This document shows positions 1 to 7,679 of a stretch of DNA of 21,121 bases, in pieces. A model generated the notes under the pieces. It had not been told where the DNA came from, ran no database searches, and was given only the letters and a program-made list of their open reading frames with translations. Both the position numbers and the translations under genes were made by a program. This DNA is from a virus (lineage: Duplodnaviria > Heunggongvirae > Uroviricota > Caudoviricetes), in the IMG/VR virus record IMGVR_UViG_2778261276_000011, positions 1 to 21,121 of that record, one strand, 5' to 3'. The stretch's first letter is position 1. Each line of letters opens with the position of its first letter.

Positions 1-146
1 CTATTTATGAAAATTTTTCGGGAAAAAGCGTGTCGGTACTTCTCGTGTATAACTCATTGTTTTTTCATCAATCACATCCGTAAAAGGTCCGACATGAAAG
101 TGCCCGAAAAAGACGTTTTTGAGCACTTCCATGTCGGACCCTGCAT
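1..146 (+). promoter_or_regulatory. cosB: cosB-like terminase recognition region, immediately right of where cosN would lie
   Basis: Positions 1-17 (CTATTTATGAAAATTTT) match the lambda left end just inside the cohesive end, as recalled from memory. An 11-bp element GGTCCGACATG (86-96) recurs as its exact reverse complement CATGTCGGACC (131-141), with a related GTGTCGGTAC at 30-39 and an AT-rich stretch between them. This parallels the lambda R3 / IHF site / R2 (inverted) / R1 arrangement. It sits directly upstream of the Nu1 gene. Confidence 0.6.
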
Positions 147-164
147 TTGATATGGAAATGTTTT

Positions 165-713
165 ATGAAGGTTAATAAAAAGAAGCTCGCGGAAATTTTC
201 AACGTGGATCCACGAACGATTGAACGCTGGCAGTCTCAGGGGCTCTCTTGTGTCTCTGGTGGTAGTAAGGGGGTTGAATCTGTATTTGATACCGCCATGG
301 CAATTCAGTGGTATGCGCAGCGCGAAGCCGATATTGAAAACGAAAAACTCCGCAAAGAGACCGAGGATTTGCGTGCGGCTGCGGAATCAGATTTACAACC
401 CGGCACCATTGACTATGAGCGCTACCGACTCACAAAAGCACAGGCTGATGCACAGGAACTGAAAAATGCCCGCGAAGAAGGGCTGGTACTGGAAACGGAA
501 TTGTTTACCTTCATTCTGCAACGTGTGGCACAGGAGATTTCGGGGATACTTGTACGTGTGCCGCTGACATTACAGCGTAAATATCCGGATATTTCACCGT
601 CACACCTTGATGTGGTGAAAACTGAAATCGCAAAAGCCTCCAACGTTGCAGCTAAAGCTGGTGAGAACGTAGGCGGGTGGATTGATGATTTCAGACGCAC
701 AGAAGGCAGCTAA
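165..713 (+). CDS. nu1: terminase small subunit (lambda Nu1 family)
   Basis: Translation [27 protein letters not shown]... aligns along its length with lambda gpNu1 (MEVNKKQLADIFGASIRTIQNWQEQGM...). The product is about 182 aa, similar to lambda Nu1. The ATG at 165 is the first ATG in the frame (the ORF track begins at an upstream TTG). The 3' end overlaps the start of A, as in lambda. Confidence 0.9.
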   Translation: MKVNKKKLAEIFNVDPRTIERWQSQGLSCVSGGSKGVESVFDTAMAIQWYAQREADIENEKLRKETEDLRAAAESDLQPGTIDYERYRLTKAQADAQELKNAREEGLVLETELFTFILQRVAQEISGILVRVPLTLQRKYPDISPSHLDVVKTEIAKASNVAAKAGENVGGWIDDFRRTEGS

Positions 714-2601
714 TGCAGCCGGTGCGATAGCAACAGGGCTTGTATCTCTCAATATTCCGGTACCACTGACGACAGTTCAGTGGGCTGATCAGCATTATTA
801 TCTGCCAAAAGAGTCTTCATATACTCCCGGGCAATGGGAAACACTGCCGTTTCAGGTTGCCATCATGAACAGCATGGGGAATGACCGGATCCGCACCGTT
901 AATCTGATTAAATCGGCGCGTGTTGGTTACACCAAAATGCTGTTGGGGGTGGAGGCTTATTTTATTGAACACAAATCCCGTAACAGCCTGCTTTTTCAGC
1001 CGACAGATTCTGCGGCAGAAGATTTTATGAAATCCCATGTCGAACCAACGATAAGAGACGTTCCTGTATTACTGGAGCTGGCTCCGTGGTTTGGCAGAAA
1101 ACATCGGGACAACACGCTTACCCTGAAACGTTTCTCCTCCGGTGTGGGATTCTGGTGTCTGGGCGGAGCTGCTGCCAAAAACTACCGTGAAAAATCTGTG
1201 GATGTGGTCTGCTATGACGAACTCTCCTCGTTTGAACCGGATGTGGAAAAAGAAGGTTCACCAACTCTGCTTGGCGATAAGCGTATCGAAGGTTCGGTAT
1301 GGCCTAAATCCATACGCGGCTCAACGCCCAAAATTAAAGGTTTTTGCCAGATTGAAAAAGCCGCGAACGAATCTGCACATTTTATGCGGTTTTATGTGCC
1401 ATGCCCTCATTGTGGTGAAGCCCAGTATCTGAAGTTTGGCGATGATGCGACAACCTTTGGCCTGAAATGGGAGAAGGGCAAGCCGGAGACGGTGTATTAC
1501 CTGTGTGAACATAATGGCTGCGCGATCCGTCAGTCGGAACTTGACCAGACCGACGGGCGGTGGATTTGTGACAATACCGGGATGTGGACGCGTGACGGTC
1601 TGACATTTTACAGCGCCGGTGATGAGGAAATCCCGCCACCGCGCTCAATCTCGTACCACATCTGGACGGCATACAGCCCGTTCACCACCTGGGTACAGAT
1701 TGTTTATGACTGGCTTGATGCACTGAAGGATCCGAATGGCGTCAAGACGTTCATTAACACCACGCTGGGGGAGCCTTATGAAGAGGCTGTGGCAGAAAAA
1801 CTGAGCTTTGAGTTATTGCTGGAAAAAGTCTGCCACTATGATGCGCAGGTTCCCCTGCGGGTGGTTTACCTGACCGCAGGGATCGACTCTCAGAAAAACC
1901 GTTATGAGATTTATGTCTGGGGCTGGGCTCCTGGCGAAGAAGCTTTTCTGATTGACAAGCAGATCATCATGGGGAGACCGGAAGATGAGGACACCCTTAA
2001 ACGCGTTGATGCCGTGATCCGGAAAAAATACCGTCATGCAGATGGCACTGAAATTTCCATTTCCCGCGTCTGCTGGGATACCGGTGGTATTGACCAGGAC
2101 ATTGTGTATCAGCGATCCAGAAAACACGGCACTTTTTTTGTGCTCCCCATCAAAGGGGCGTCGGTGTACGGCAAGCCGGTGATCACCATGCCAAAAAAGC
2201 GAAACCAGCGTGGGGTGTTTTTGTGTGAGGTGGGTTCCGATACCGTCAAGGAAATGCTGTATGCGCGTTTTGCCCTGCCGGTGGTATCTGCCAGTGAAGT
2301 CGCACCGTATACCTTCCGTTTTCCGGATAACCCGGACATTTTTTCTGATGTTGAAGCTAAACAACTCGTGGCAGAAGAGCTGGTTGAAAAAGTTGTGAAC
2401 GGGCGGGTGAAACTCCAGTGGGATGCCAGAAAACGGCGTAATGAAGCTCTGGACTGTCTGGTGTATGCCTATGCAGCGCTGCGCATTTCCGTTCAGCGGT
2501 GGCAACTGGATCTGGATGCACTGGCCCGCGCCAGAAGAGATGAACAGGACGACGATGAAATGACTATTGAAGAAATCGCGGCTGCTCTGAGTGGAGGATA
2601 A
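685..2601 (+). CDS. A: terminase large subunit (lambda gpA family)
   Basis: The 638-aa product aligns end to end with lambda gpA from memory, with shared blocks such as YYLPKESx[68 protein letters not shown] and RRNEALDC. The start is the ATG at 685; the track's TTG at 682 is one codon upstream. Confidence 0.95.
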   Translation: MISDAQKAANAAGAIATGLVSLNIPVPLTTVQWADQHYYLPKESSYTPGQWETLPFQVAIMNSMGNDRIRTVNLIKSARVGYTKMLLGVEAYFIEHKSRNSLLFQPTDSAAEDFMKSHVEPTIRDVPVLLELAPWFGRKHRDNTLTLKRFSSGVGFWCLGGAAAKNYREKSVDVVCYDELSSFEPDVEKEGSPTLLGDKRIEGSVWPKSIRGSTPKIKGFCQIEKAANESAHFMRFYVPCPHCGEAQYLKFGDDATTFGLKWEKGKPETVYYLCEHNGCAIRQSELDQTDGRWICDNTGMWTRDGLTFYSAGDEEIPPPRSISYHIWTAYSPFTTWVQIVYDWLDALKDPNGVKTFINTTLGEPYEEAVAEKLSFELLLEKVCHYDAQVPLRVVYLTAGIDSQKNRYEIYVWGWAPGEEAFLIDKQIIMGRPEDEDTLKRVDAVIRKKYRHADGTEISISRVCWDTGGIDQDIVYQRSRKHGTFFVLPIKGASVYGKPVITMPKKRNQRGVFLCEVGSDTVKEMLYARFALPVVSASEVAPYTFRFPDNPDIFSDVEAKQLVAEELVEKVVNGRVKLQWDARKRRNEALDCLVYAYAALRISVQRWQLDLDALARARRDEQDDDEMTIEEIAAALSGG

Positions 2602-2604
2602 GTG

Positions 2605-2814
2605 ATGATTTATACGCATGAAATGCTATGCGATGCCCGCCGGGCGTTACATGAACTGATGATCGGACGTGCTGTGGTTTCCGTCAGCAAGGACGGGCGT
2701 CAGGTTCAGTATTCGCGGGCGACAATTGGTGAACTGCGTCAGTATATTGAAGAGCTGGAAAGTGCGCTGGGTGTATCCGGACGGCGTCGTGGCCCGGCAG
2801 GAGTGGGGCTGTGA
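2605..2814 (+). CDS. W: head-tail joining protein (lambda gpW family)
   Basis: The roughly 69-aa product (ARRALHELMIGRAVVSVSKDGRQVQYSRATIGELRQYIEELE...RRRGPAG) parallels lambda gpW ([27 protein letters not shown]...YIAELE...RRRGPAG). It lies directly after A, as in lambda. Confidence 0.85.
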   Translation: MIYTHEMLCDARRALHELMIGRAVVSVSKDGRQVQYSRATIGELRQYIEELESALGVSGRRRGPAGVGL

Positions 2815-3677
2815 ACGGGGAACTGGTGGATATTCATGGGCAGCCTTTACGGCAAAGCATGGGATATTCTGGTGGTGGTTCCGGGTTCGGTGGGCAAATG
2901 GCAGAATGGCTGCCTGCACCGGAAAGTGCCGACGTGGCGCTCTTACCTTCCATTCATCTGGGTAACGCCCGCGCGGATGAGCTGGTCCGTAACAACGGTA
3001 TTGCATCGAATGCAGTGGAAATTCATAAGGATCATATTGTCGGGCACATGTTTCGTCTGAGTTACCGTCCCAACTGGCGCTGGCTGGGGATGTCGGAAGC
3101 AGATTCACATGCTTTTATTGAAGATGTTGAGGCGGCGTGGATGGAATACTGCGATCCGGTGTTTGGTACGATGGATGTGGAAGGGCGTCGTTCGTTTACC
3201 GAATTCATTCGTGAAGGGGTGGGGGTCCATACGTTTAACGGTGAAATTTTTGTCCAGCCCGTATGGGATGCGGAATCCACGTCATTATTCCGGACGAAAT
3301 TCAAAACCATCAGCCCGAAGCGTGTCAGTACACCCGGTTATGGTACCGGCGATCGTTTTATGCGTGCCGGGGTGGAAATAAACCGACACGGAAAAGCGCT
3401 GGCCTACCATGTTCAGGATGATGACTGGCCCGGCTACGGTGTCAGTAAATGGACACGAATTACGGCAACACTGCCTTCCGGACGACCGGGAATGATCCAT
3501 GTGTTTCAGCCACAGGAAGACGGGCAGACCCGCGGGGCCAACCAGTTTTATTCTGTAATGGAGCGTCTCAAGATGCTCGACACACTGCAGGCCACGCAAC
3601 TGCAGTCGGCGGTGGTTCGCGCCATTTATGTCTATTATCTCCCCGTAGTTGTCGCCACCATTCATCAACTCCACTAA
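2811..3677 (+). pseudogene. B: portal protein (lambda gpB family), 3'-truncated: only about the N-terminal 273 codons are portal-like
   Basis: The product aligns with the lambda gpB N-terminal half (GGGSGFGGQ, LLP...GNARAD.LVRNNG, HIVG..FRLS.RP.WR.LG, FNGE.FVQ, HVF.P.EDGQTRGAN.FYSVME..KMLDTLQ.TQLQSA). Similarity stops after ...QSAVVRAIY near 3630, and the frame terminates 15 codons later, whereas lambda gpB is about twice as long. GTG start overlapping the W stop. Confidence 0.85.
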
Positions 3678-3753
3678 AACCCTTGATATGTCTGGAATGT
3701 CGTTTTTTGTATTTATGATGACCGTTCATTACCTTTCGTGTTTTTCGCGGTTT

Positions 3754-3807
3754 TGTGTATTGCAATGTGTATTGCAAGTTGGCGTTTGGATGGGGTGTGT
3801 ATTGCAA
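3754..3807 (+). repeat. three direct copies of TGTGTATTGCAA immediately upstream of int (two in tandem at 3754-3777, a third at 3796-3807)
   Basis: Exact 12-bp repeats read directly from the sequence. Their position 20-70 bp upstream of the integrase start suggests arm-type or regulator binding sites. A related ATTGCAA motif recurs at the right end of the element (11110-11148). Confidence 0.6.
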
Positions 3808-3826
3808 ATTGACGTGTAGGCTACAT

Positions 3827-5068
3827 ATGGCTATCGAGAATAAACTGACTGACAAACTTCTGAAAAGTCTTGCAGGTAAGCCGCAGGACAGACAAAAAAT
3901 CATGGCTGATGGGCGGGGGCTATCTGTTCGTGTAAGCGTGGTTGGGGGAATTAGTTTCGTTTTTTACTATCGTATTGGCGGCAGGGATGCCCCTCCGGTA
4001 TGGCTGACCCTTGGGCGTTATCCTGATATGTCTCTGGCAGCCGCCAGGAGATTACGCGACCAGTGCCGTGAATGGCTGGCGGAAAATCTGGATCCTCGCA
4101 GACAAATAAAACTTGTAGCTGAAAAAAACATGCGCCCTGTAACTGTAAGGGATGCGGTGCTTTACTGGTACGATAATCACGCCAGGACAGCCAGAAAGCA
4201 GCATGAGTATTTAATAAAAAGATTTGAAAAGCATATTTTTCCATATATCGGAGATATGGCTATAGAACAGTGCAAATTGCATACCTGGCTTACTGTATTT
4301 GACAGAATTAAAAAAAATGCTCCTGTTATGTCTGGTGCTATTTTTCTTGATATTAAACAGGCGTTACGTTTTTGCCGTATCAGGCAATACATTAGTTGCG
4401 ATCCATTCGGTGATATTAACGTTAGTTATGTTGGACGTTCAGCAGGCATAAGGGATCGTGTTCTGAGTATTAATGAAGCCGCTGACGTATGGTCTTATGC
4501 CTATGGCAACAATTTACTTACCCTTTCATCAATACATAACCGAAGAATTATGGTTATCTGCCTGGTGTTTGGTTGCCGTCAGCAGGAGGCGCGGTTATCC
4601 ACTTGGGAAGAATGGGATTTAAAAAACTGGATTTGGACAGTTCCAAAAGAGCACAGCAAGAACGGCGAGGTTATTGTAAGACCAGTCCCTGATGGAATAA
4701 AACAATGGGTTATTAATCTTTATGCGGAAACAAAGCACCGGGATTGTGTTATCGGTAGATCACTGAAGCGAGCGACAATAACAGGAGCAGCAAGCCGGAT
4801 ATGCAGGCGGCTAGGGCATGATGTAAATGGTCTGTGGTGCATACATGATTTCAGGCGTACATTTTCAACAATGCTTAACGATATGGGTGCCGATCCTTAT
4901 ATTGTAGAGCTTCTGCTTGGTCATAAAGTTAAAGGTGTGGCGGGTGTTTATAATAAAAGCAAGCATGCAAAGAAAAAACTTGAGGTTCTTAATATGTGGG
5001 TTAATTACCTTAACACGATAGCCGGATTTAATAATAACGTTATTGAACTGAGTAAAGAGGTTGTTTGA
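3827..5068 (+). CDS. int: tyrosine site-specific integrase, P4-like family
   Basis: The 413-aa product has an N-terminal arm-binding-type domain (LTDKLLKSL...DGRGLSVRVS..G.ISFVFYYR) and a C-terminal catalytic region with HDFRRT and LLGH...AGVYNKS (H-x-x-R and a Tyr nucleophile). The first ATG at 3827 is taken as start; the ORF track begins at an upstream alternative start. Confidence 0.9.
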   Translation: MAIENKLTDKLLKSLAGKPQDRQKIMADGRGLSVRVSVVGGISFVFYYRIGGRDAPPVWLTLGRYPDMSLAAARRLRDQCREWLAENLDPRRQIKLVAEKNMRPVTVRDAVLYWYDNHARTARKQHEYLIKRFEKHIFPYIGDMAIEQCKLHTWLTVFDRIKKNAPVMSGAIFLDIKQALRFCRIRQYISCDPFGDINVSYVGRSAGIRDRVLSINEAADVWSYAYGNNLLTLSSIHNRRIMVICLVFGCRQQEARLSTWEEWDLKNWIWTVPKEHSKNGEVIVRPVPDGIKQWVINLYAETKHRDCVIGRSLKRATITGAASRICRRLGHDVNGLWCIHDFRRTFSTMLNDMGADPYIVELLLGHKVKGVAGVYNKSKHAKKKLEVLNMWVNYLNTIAGFNNNVIELSKEVV

Positions 5069-5069
5069 T

Positions 5070-5327
5070 ATGTCAGTTTATTCACTTGTTGATGAAAAAG
5101 ATTTTACTGCAATGCCGGATATTGATCGTGTCATTCGTGAAAAAGAATGCGTGGCACTTACTACGCTGGCAAATTCAACACGCTGGAAACTGGAAAAGAC
5201 AGGTAAGTTCCCAAAACGTATTAAGATTGGTGAACGTGCCGCTGGCTATCGTCTCTCGGAGATTCAGGCGTGGATCCGTGGCGATTGGCACCCAGGATGG
5301 AAACCGGAAAAAACAAAACAGCAATAA
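5070..5327 (+). CDS. alpA: AlpA-family phage transcriptional regulator (small HTH protein)
   Basis: The roughly 85-aa product carries the AlpA-like motif IDRVIREKECVALTTLANSTRWKLEKTGKFPKRIKIGERAAGYRLSEIQAWI. It starts 2 nt after the int stop, the classic int-alpA arrangement of P4-like elements and enterobacterial PICIs. Confidence 0.8.
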   Translation: MSVYSLVDEKDFTAMPDIDRVIREKECVALTTLANSTRWKLEKTGKFPKRIKIGERAAGYRLSEIQAWIRGDWHPGWKPEKTKQQ

Positions 5328-5343
5328 CCAGGAGATAAACACA

Positions 5344-5369
5344 GCCCCGCTCAATGCGGGGTTTTTTGT
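5344..5369 (+). terminator. rho-independent terminator downstream of alpA
   Basis: GC-rich hairpin CCCCGC-TCAAT-GCGGGG followed by TTTTTTGT. Confidence 0.7.
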
Positions 5370-5386
5370 ATGTGAGGTAAAAAGCG

Positions 5387-5965
5387 ATGAATAAAAATAT
5401 TGCCGTGACGGGCAAAGGTGACGCTCGTCTAGTAAAAAAATTCTGTGATATTCGTGATCTGGTCGTTCTGCGCTTTGATGGTGTGAACGTTCGCGTGGTG
5501 TATCTGAACGGCGATCCGTGGTTTGTTGCAGTTGACGTGTGCGCTGCGCTGGAAATTGTTGATCACAAGGTTGCGTTACGCCGTCTCGATGATGATGAAA
5601 AGGGGGAGTGTTTAATACCCACCCTTGGCGGAAATCAAACAATGCGAACTGTATGCGAGTCAGGTTTCTACAAACTAATAGCCCGTAGCCGCAAAGCAAC
5701 GACGCCTGGCACGTTCGCCCATCGTTTCAGTAACTGGGTATTCAGAAATGTGATACCGGGTATCAGAAAAACGGGGGCTTATGGTATCCCGTGGGGCGCA
5801 TTACAGGATTTTTCCCGCCGTAAAGAGCAATATCAGATAAGTGCCAGCGAGAAGGGGAGGGAGCTACAGGCATGTAAGCGCAAAAAGCGTGAGCTGGAGG
5901 AAGAAGAAAAAAGGCTGATACGTGAATATCAGCCTGAGTTTTACTTTGGTGAGCGTATTCAGTAA
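5387..5965 (+). CDS. Bro-N domain protein (antirepressor-like) with a charged coiled-coil C-terminus
   Basis: The N-terminal region F..VNVRVVYLNGDPWFVAVDVCAALEI...RRLDDDEK...GG.Q....V.ESGFYKLI.RSRK....F..WV...VIPGIRKTGAYG matches the Bro-N consensus. RBS GAGG upstream; C-terminal KRKKRELEEEEKRL. Confidence 0.75.
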   Translation: MNKNIAVTGKGDARLVKKFCDIRDLVVLRFDGVNVRVVYLNGDPWFVAVDVCAALEIVDHKVALRRLDDDEKGECLIPTLGGNQTMRTVCESGFYKLIARSRKATTPGTFAHRFSNWVFRNVIPGIRKTGAYGIPWGALQDFSRRKEQYQISASEKGRELQACKRKKRELEEEEKRLIREYQPEFYFGERIQ

Positions 5966-6122
5966 CCACTCGCAGTGCTGATTATACGGTACATCGTGTT
6001 AACCGGGAAGCTACCCACCAGCAAGGCAAAATCTTCTGCTAAAAAATGATATATGGTCAGCCGTCCGGAAAGCATGAAATTTTACAAAAATGGAAAATGA
6101 AGATTTTTATTGTGCTGGTGGG

Positions 6123-6154
6123 TAAAAACAAAAAGCGCCCCGTTGCCGGAGCGC
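6123..6154 (-). terminator. rho-independent terminator, leftward-reading
   Basis: On the minus strand a 7-bp stem GCGCTCC / GGGGCGC (one G.U pair) with a 6-nt loop is followed by TTTTTGTTTTT. It may also act weakly on plus-strand transcripts from the Bro-N gene. Confidence 0.55.
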
Positions 6155-6248
6155 CTTTGTGAACAATTAACCTACTGCGCAAAAAATGAATCTGAGCAGT
6201 GGGATTATATCAACCGTGTGACGAAGCGCCACAATTGCCGGATAACAG

Positions 6249-6278
6249 GCAAAACAAAGGCCACCCGCTACGGTGGCC
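6249..6278 (-). terminator. rho-independent terminator, leftward-reading, at the end of the leftward cassette
   Basis: Perfect 7-bp stem GGCCACC / GGTGGCC with loop CGCTAC; on the minus strand it is followed by TTTGTTTTG. Confidence 0.6.
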
Positions 6279-6396
6279 CTTCAACACAAGCTACACGTTA
6301 TCCCCAACGCATGAGCATCACCAACAATGCCACATTTGCGGCTGGTGGGCAAAGCTTTAGCGGAATTTTTTCCCTGTTGCCTGGAGTGGGTAATGA

Positions 6397-6579
6397 TTAC
6401 TTGTATCGCTTATTCCTGCACAAAACAGGGCTGCTCTTTTTGATGAAATCCTCAAGCAAAAAACACTCTGTTGATGCTCTTGGTAATTCTCTGGTGGAAG
6501 GATGGGGTTTTATCCCCCATTTTCGTTTACGTTCTTCCAGAAAGGAGGTGAGTATATCTAGTTTCTGTGCGTCCATCAT
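6397..6579 (-). CDS. hypothetical small protein (60 aa), third ORF of the leftward cassette; coding status uncertain
   Basis: ORF in the same frame as the two upstream leftward ORFs. Only a weak RBS is present, and a plus-strand terminator-like hairpin (6502-6528) lies inside it, so this may instead be non-coding. Confidence 0.3.
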   Translation of the reverse strand: MMDAQKLDILTSFLEERKRKWGIKPHPSTRELPRASTECFLLEDFIKKSSPVLCRNKRYK

Positions 6580-6599
6580 TTTTCTCTTGGATACTTCTT

Positions 6600-6650
6600 T
6601 GTGCCATGGATCCTCACACCACGGCGCTGATAGTGGTTATTTCTGCTCTT
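6600..6650 (-). repeat. copy A of a roughly 50-bp intergenic repeat
   Basis: About 80% identical to 6851-6905, with a core CACCACGGCGCTG shared exactly. It spans the stop codon and downstream spacer of the 6637-6834 ORF. The two copies are 255 bp apart, a multiple of 3. Confidence 0.6.
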
Positions 6651-6834
6651 CAACATCACCATGTCGTGATGTTTTCCAAGTATGCGACCCCATTTTTGTG
6701 CGCCTGTACTCTTTTAAGAACTTCTCAAGGCCAAACGCACATGGCGCGAATCTCTCCTGTTCTTGTTCGCTTACCGCGTTTTTGCGTTGTTTTTTCCTGG
6801 ATGAAGATAATTTCTTTAATGATTTGTCAGTCAT
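6637..6834 (-). CDS. hypothetical small basic protein (65 aa), second ORF of the leftward cassette
   Basis: ATG preceded by AGGT about 8 nt upstream. The product MTDKSLKKLSSSRKKQRKNAV... is lysine/arginine-rich. No family recognised. Confidence 0.35.
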   Translation of the reverse strand: MTDKSLKKLSSSRKKQRKNAVSEQEQERFAPCAFGLEKFLKEYRRTKMGSHTWKTSRHGDVEEQK

Positions 6835-6850
6835 CGTAGATACCTGTAAC

Positions 6851-6905
6851 CCAGTGCGCCACAGTTCACCGCACCACGGCGCTGGTGATGGTTACTCCTG
6901 CTCTT
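6851..6905 (-). repeat. copy B of the roughly 50-bp intergenic repeat
   Basis: See copy A. It spans the stop codon and downstream spacer of the RHH gene and contains the small palindrome CACCA-N6-TGGTG. Confidence 0.6.
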
Positions 6906-7071
6906 TGGCCTTGCGACGCTGGCGGCGTTTGATCTCGCCTTGCATTGACGCAATGATGAATTGTGATGTGCTTTCGCCTGATTCTTTCACTGATTCCATG
7001 GCGTTTACTATTTCGTGTGGTACACGAGCCTTTAGAGCTTGTGATTTTGCGTTTGTTGTACCCGTTGCCAT
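6892..7071 (-). CDS. ribbon-helix-helix (Arc/MetJ/CopG-like) DNA-binding protein, candidate repressor of the element
   Basis: The 59-aa product MATGTTNAKSQALKARVPHEIVNAMESVKESGESTSQFIIASMQGEIKRRQRRKAKEQE parallels the beta-strand/helix/helix layout of P22 Arc. GAGG RBS 7 nt upstream. It is divergently transcribed from the rightward operon across an operator-bearing intergenic region. Confidence 0.55.
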   Translation of the reverse strand: MATGTTNAKSQALKARVPHEIVNAMESVKESGESTSQFIIASMQGEIKRRQRRKAKEQE

Positions 7072-7099
7072 TTCTATTCCTCTGGTGGATTGGTGGGGA

Positions 7100-7180
7100 A
7101 CAGTATACACAGAAAAAACACAAATAAAACTCTTGACGTGGACCACACCTAAAACATATAGTGGGCCACACCTTAAAATT
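7100..7180. promoter_or_regulatory. divergent promoter region with direct-repeat operators
   Basis: Rightward: TTGACG (7133-7138), 18 bp spacer, TATAGT (7157-7162). Leftward: a -10-like TATACT on the minus strand about 30 bp upstream of the RHH start. Two direct repeats, TGGACCACACCTAAAA (7139-7154) and TGGGCCACACCTTAAAA (7162-7178), flank the rightward -10. Confidence 0.5.
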
Positions 7181-7270
7181 ATCAAGGCGCATAAATGCAA
7201 AGCCCCGCAAGTGTCGTTACCACTCGCAGGGCTTCTAACCACCAACGATAGAAAGAGTATCGAGGTAGCT

Positions 7271-7474
7271 ATGAGAAATCATACCACACACCCGCAAGGG
7301 CGGGACTCGCACAACCTGAATAAATACATCTGGCGTTTTATCGCCCTGAGCACGGCACAACCGCGCGTGATTACCATCGAGGCCACCAGCGAACAGGAAG
7401 CACGCCAGCAATCTCCGGCTGGCTGCGTGATGGTATTCGCCGCCCGTATTCGCCAGGAGGTGCGCCATGATTAA
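7271..7474 (+). CDS. small protein (67 aa), possibly Icd-like (host cell division inhibitor family of P4-like elements)
   Basis: GAGG RBS. Its TAA stop overlaps the next gene's ATG region. The motif YIWRFIALSTAQPRVITIEATSEQEARQQ...VFAARIRQ resembles Icd-like proteins as I recall them; not verified. Confidence 0.45.
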   Translation: MRNHTTHPQGRDSHNLNKYIWRFIALSTAQPRVITIEATSEQEARQQSPAGCVMVFAARIRQEVRHD

Positions 7475-7679
7475 CCTGTCACTTACCGACCTTAACCGCA
7501 TTCAGTTTCGTGAGAAATTTACCGGGCAGTTGTTGGTTAATGTGGATAAAGGTCGCGTGGTGTGTAATTACCACCTGCCAGATGAAGCAATTGTCGCAAC
7601 AAGGGAATCATTACAGGAACTCGCAGAGCGTGCCGGAATGATTAACGCGAATATTCAGGGGGTGAGACATGTGCAATAA
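7467..7679 (+). CDS. hypothetical protein (70 aa), operon member
   Basis: Strong RBS AGGAGGTG; start overlaps the upstream stop; compact head-to-tail operon. Confidence 0.6.
   Translation: MINLSLTDLNRIQFREKFTGQLLVNVDKGRVVCNYHLPDEAIVATRESLQELAERAGMINANIQGVRHVQ

Noticed and set aside
1813-2619. 268-aa minus-strand ORF
   Set aside because: Antisense to terminase large subunit A, which has end-to-end homology; no independent support.
2836-3381. Small alternative-frame plus-strand ORFs (74-90 aa) within the portal region
   Set aside because: They are nested in other frames of the portal gene fragment and have no RBS or recognisable product.
3600-3830. tRNA gene or insertion sequence at the element's left junction
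   Set aside because: P4-type integrases usually target tRNA 3' ends, but I could not recognise a tRNA-like structure by eye at either junction, and there is no transposase ORF or terminal inverted repeats. tRNAscan or Infernal was not run, so this remains unverified.
5175-5699. 174-aa minus-strand ORF
   Set aside because: Overlaps alpA, its terminator and the Bro-N gene on the opposite strand; no RBS and not a plausible protein.
6110-7270. Most of the 454-aa plus-strand ORF from the six-frame track, as a protein-coding gene
   Set aside because: Its composition is not protein-like, it starts at a non-ATG codon with no RBS, and it spans terminator hairpins, a promoter/operator region and the antisense strand of the leftward ORFs. 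Only the last 67 codons (7271-7474) have an RBS and are kept as a gene.
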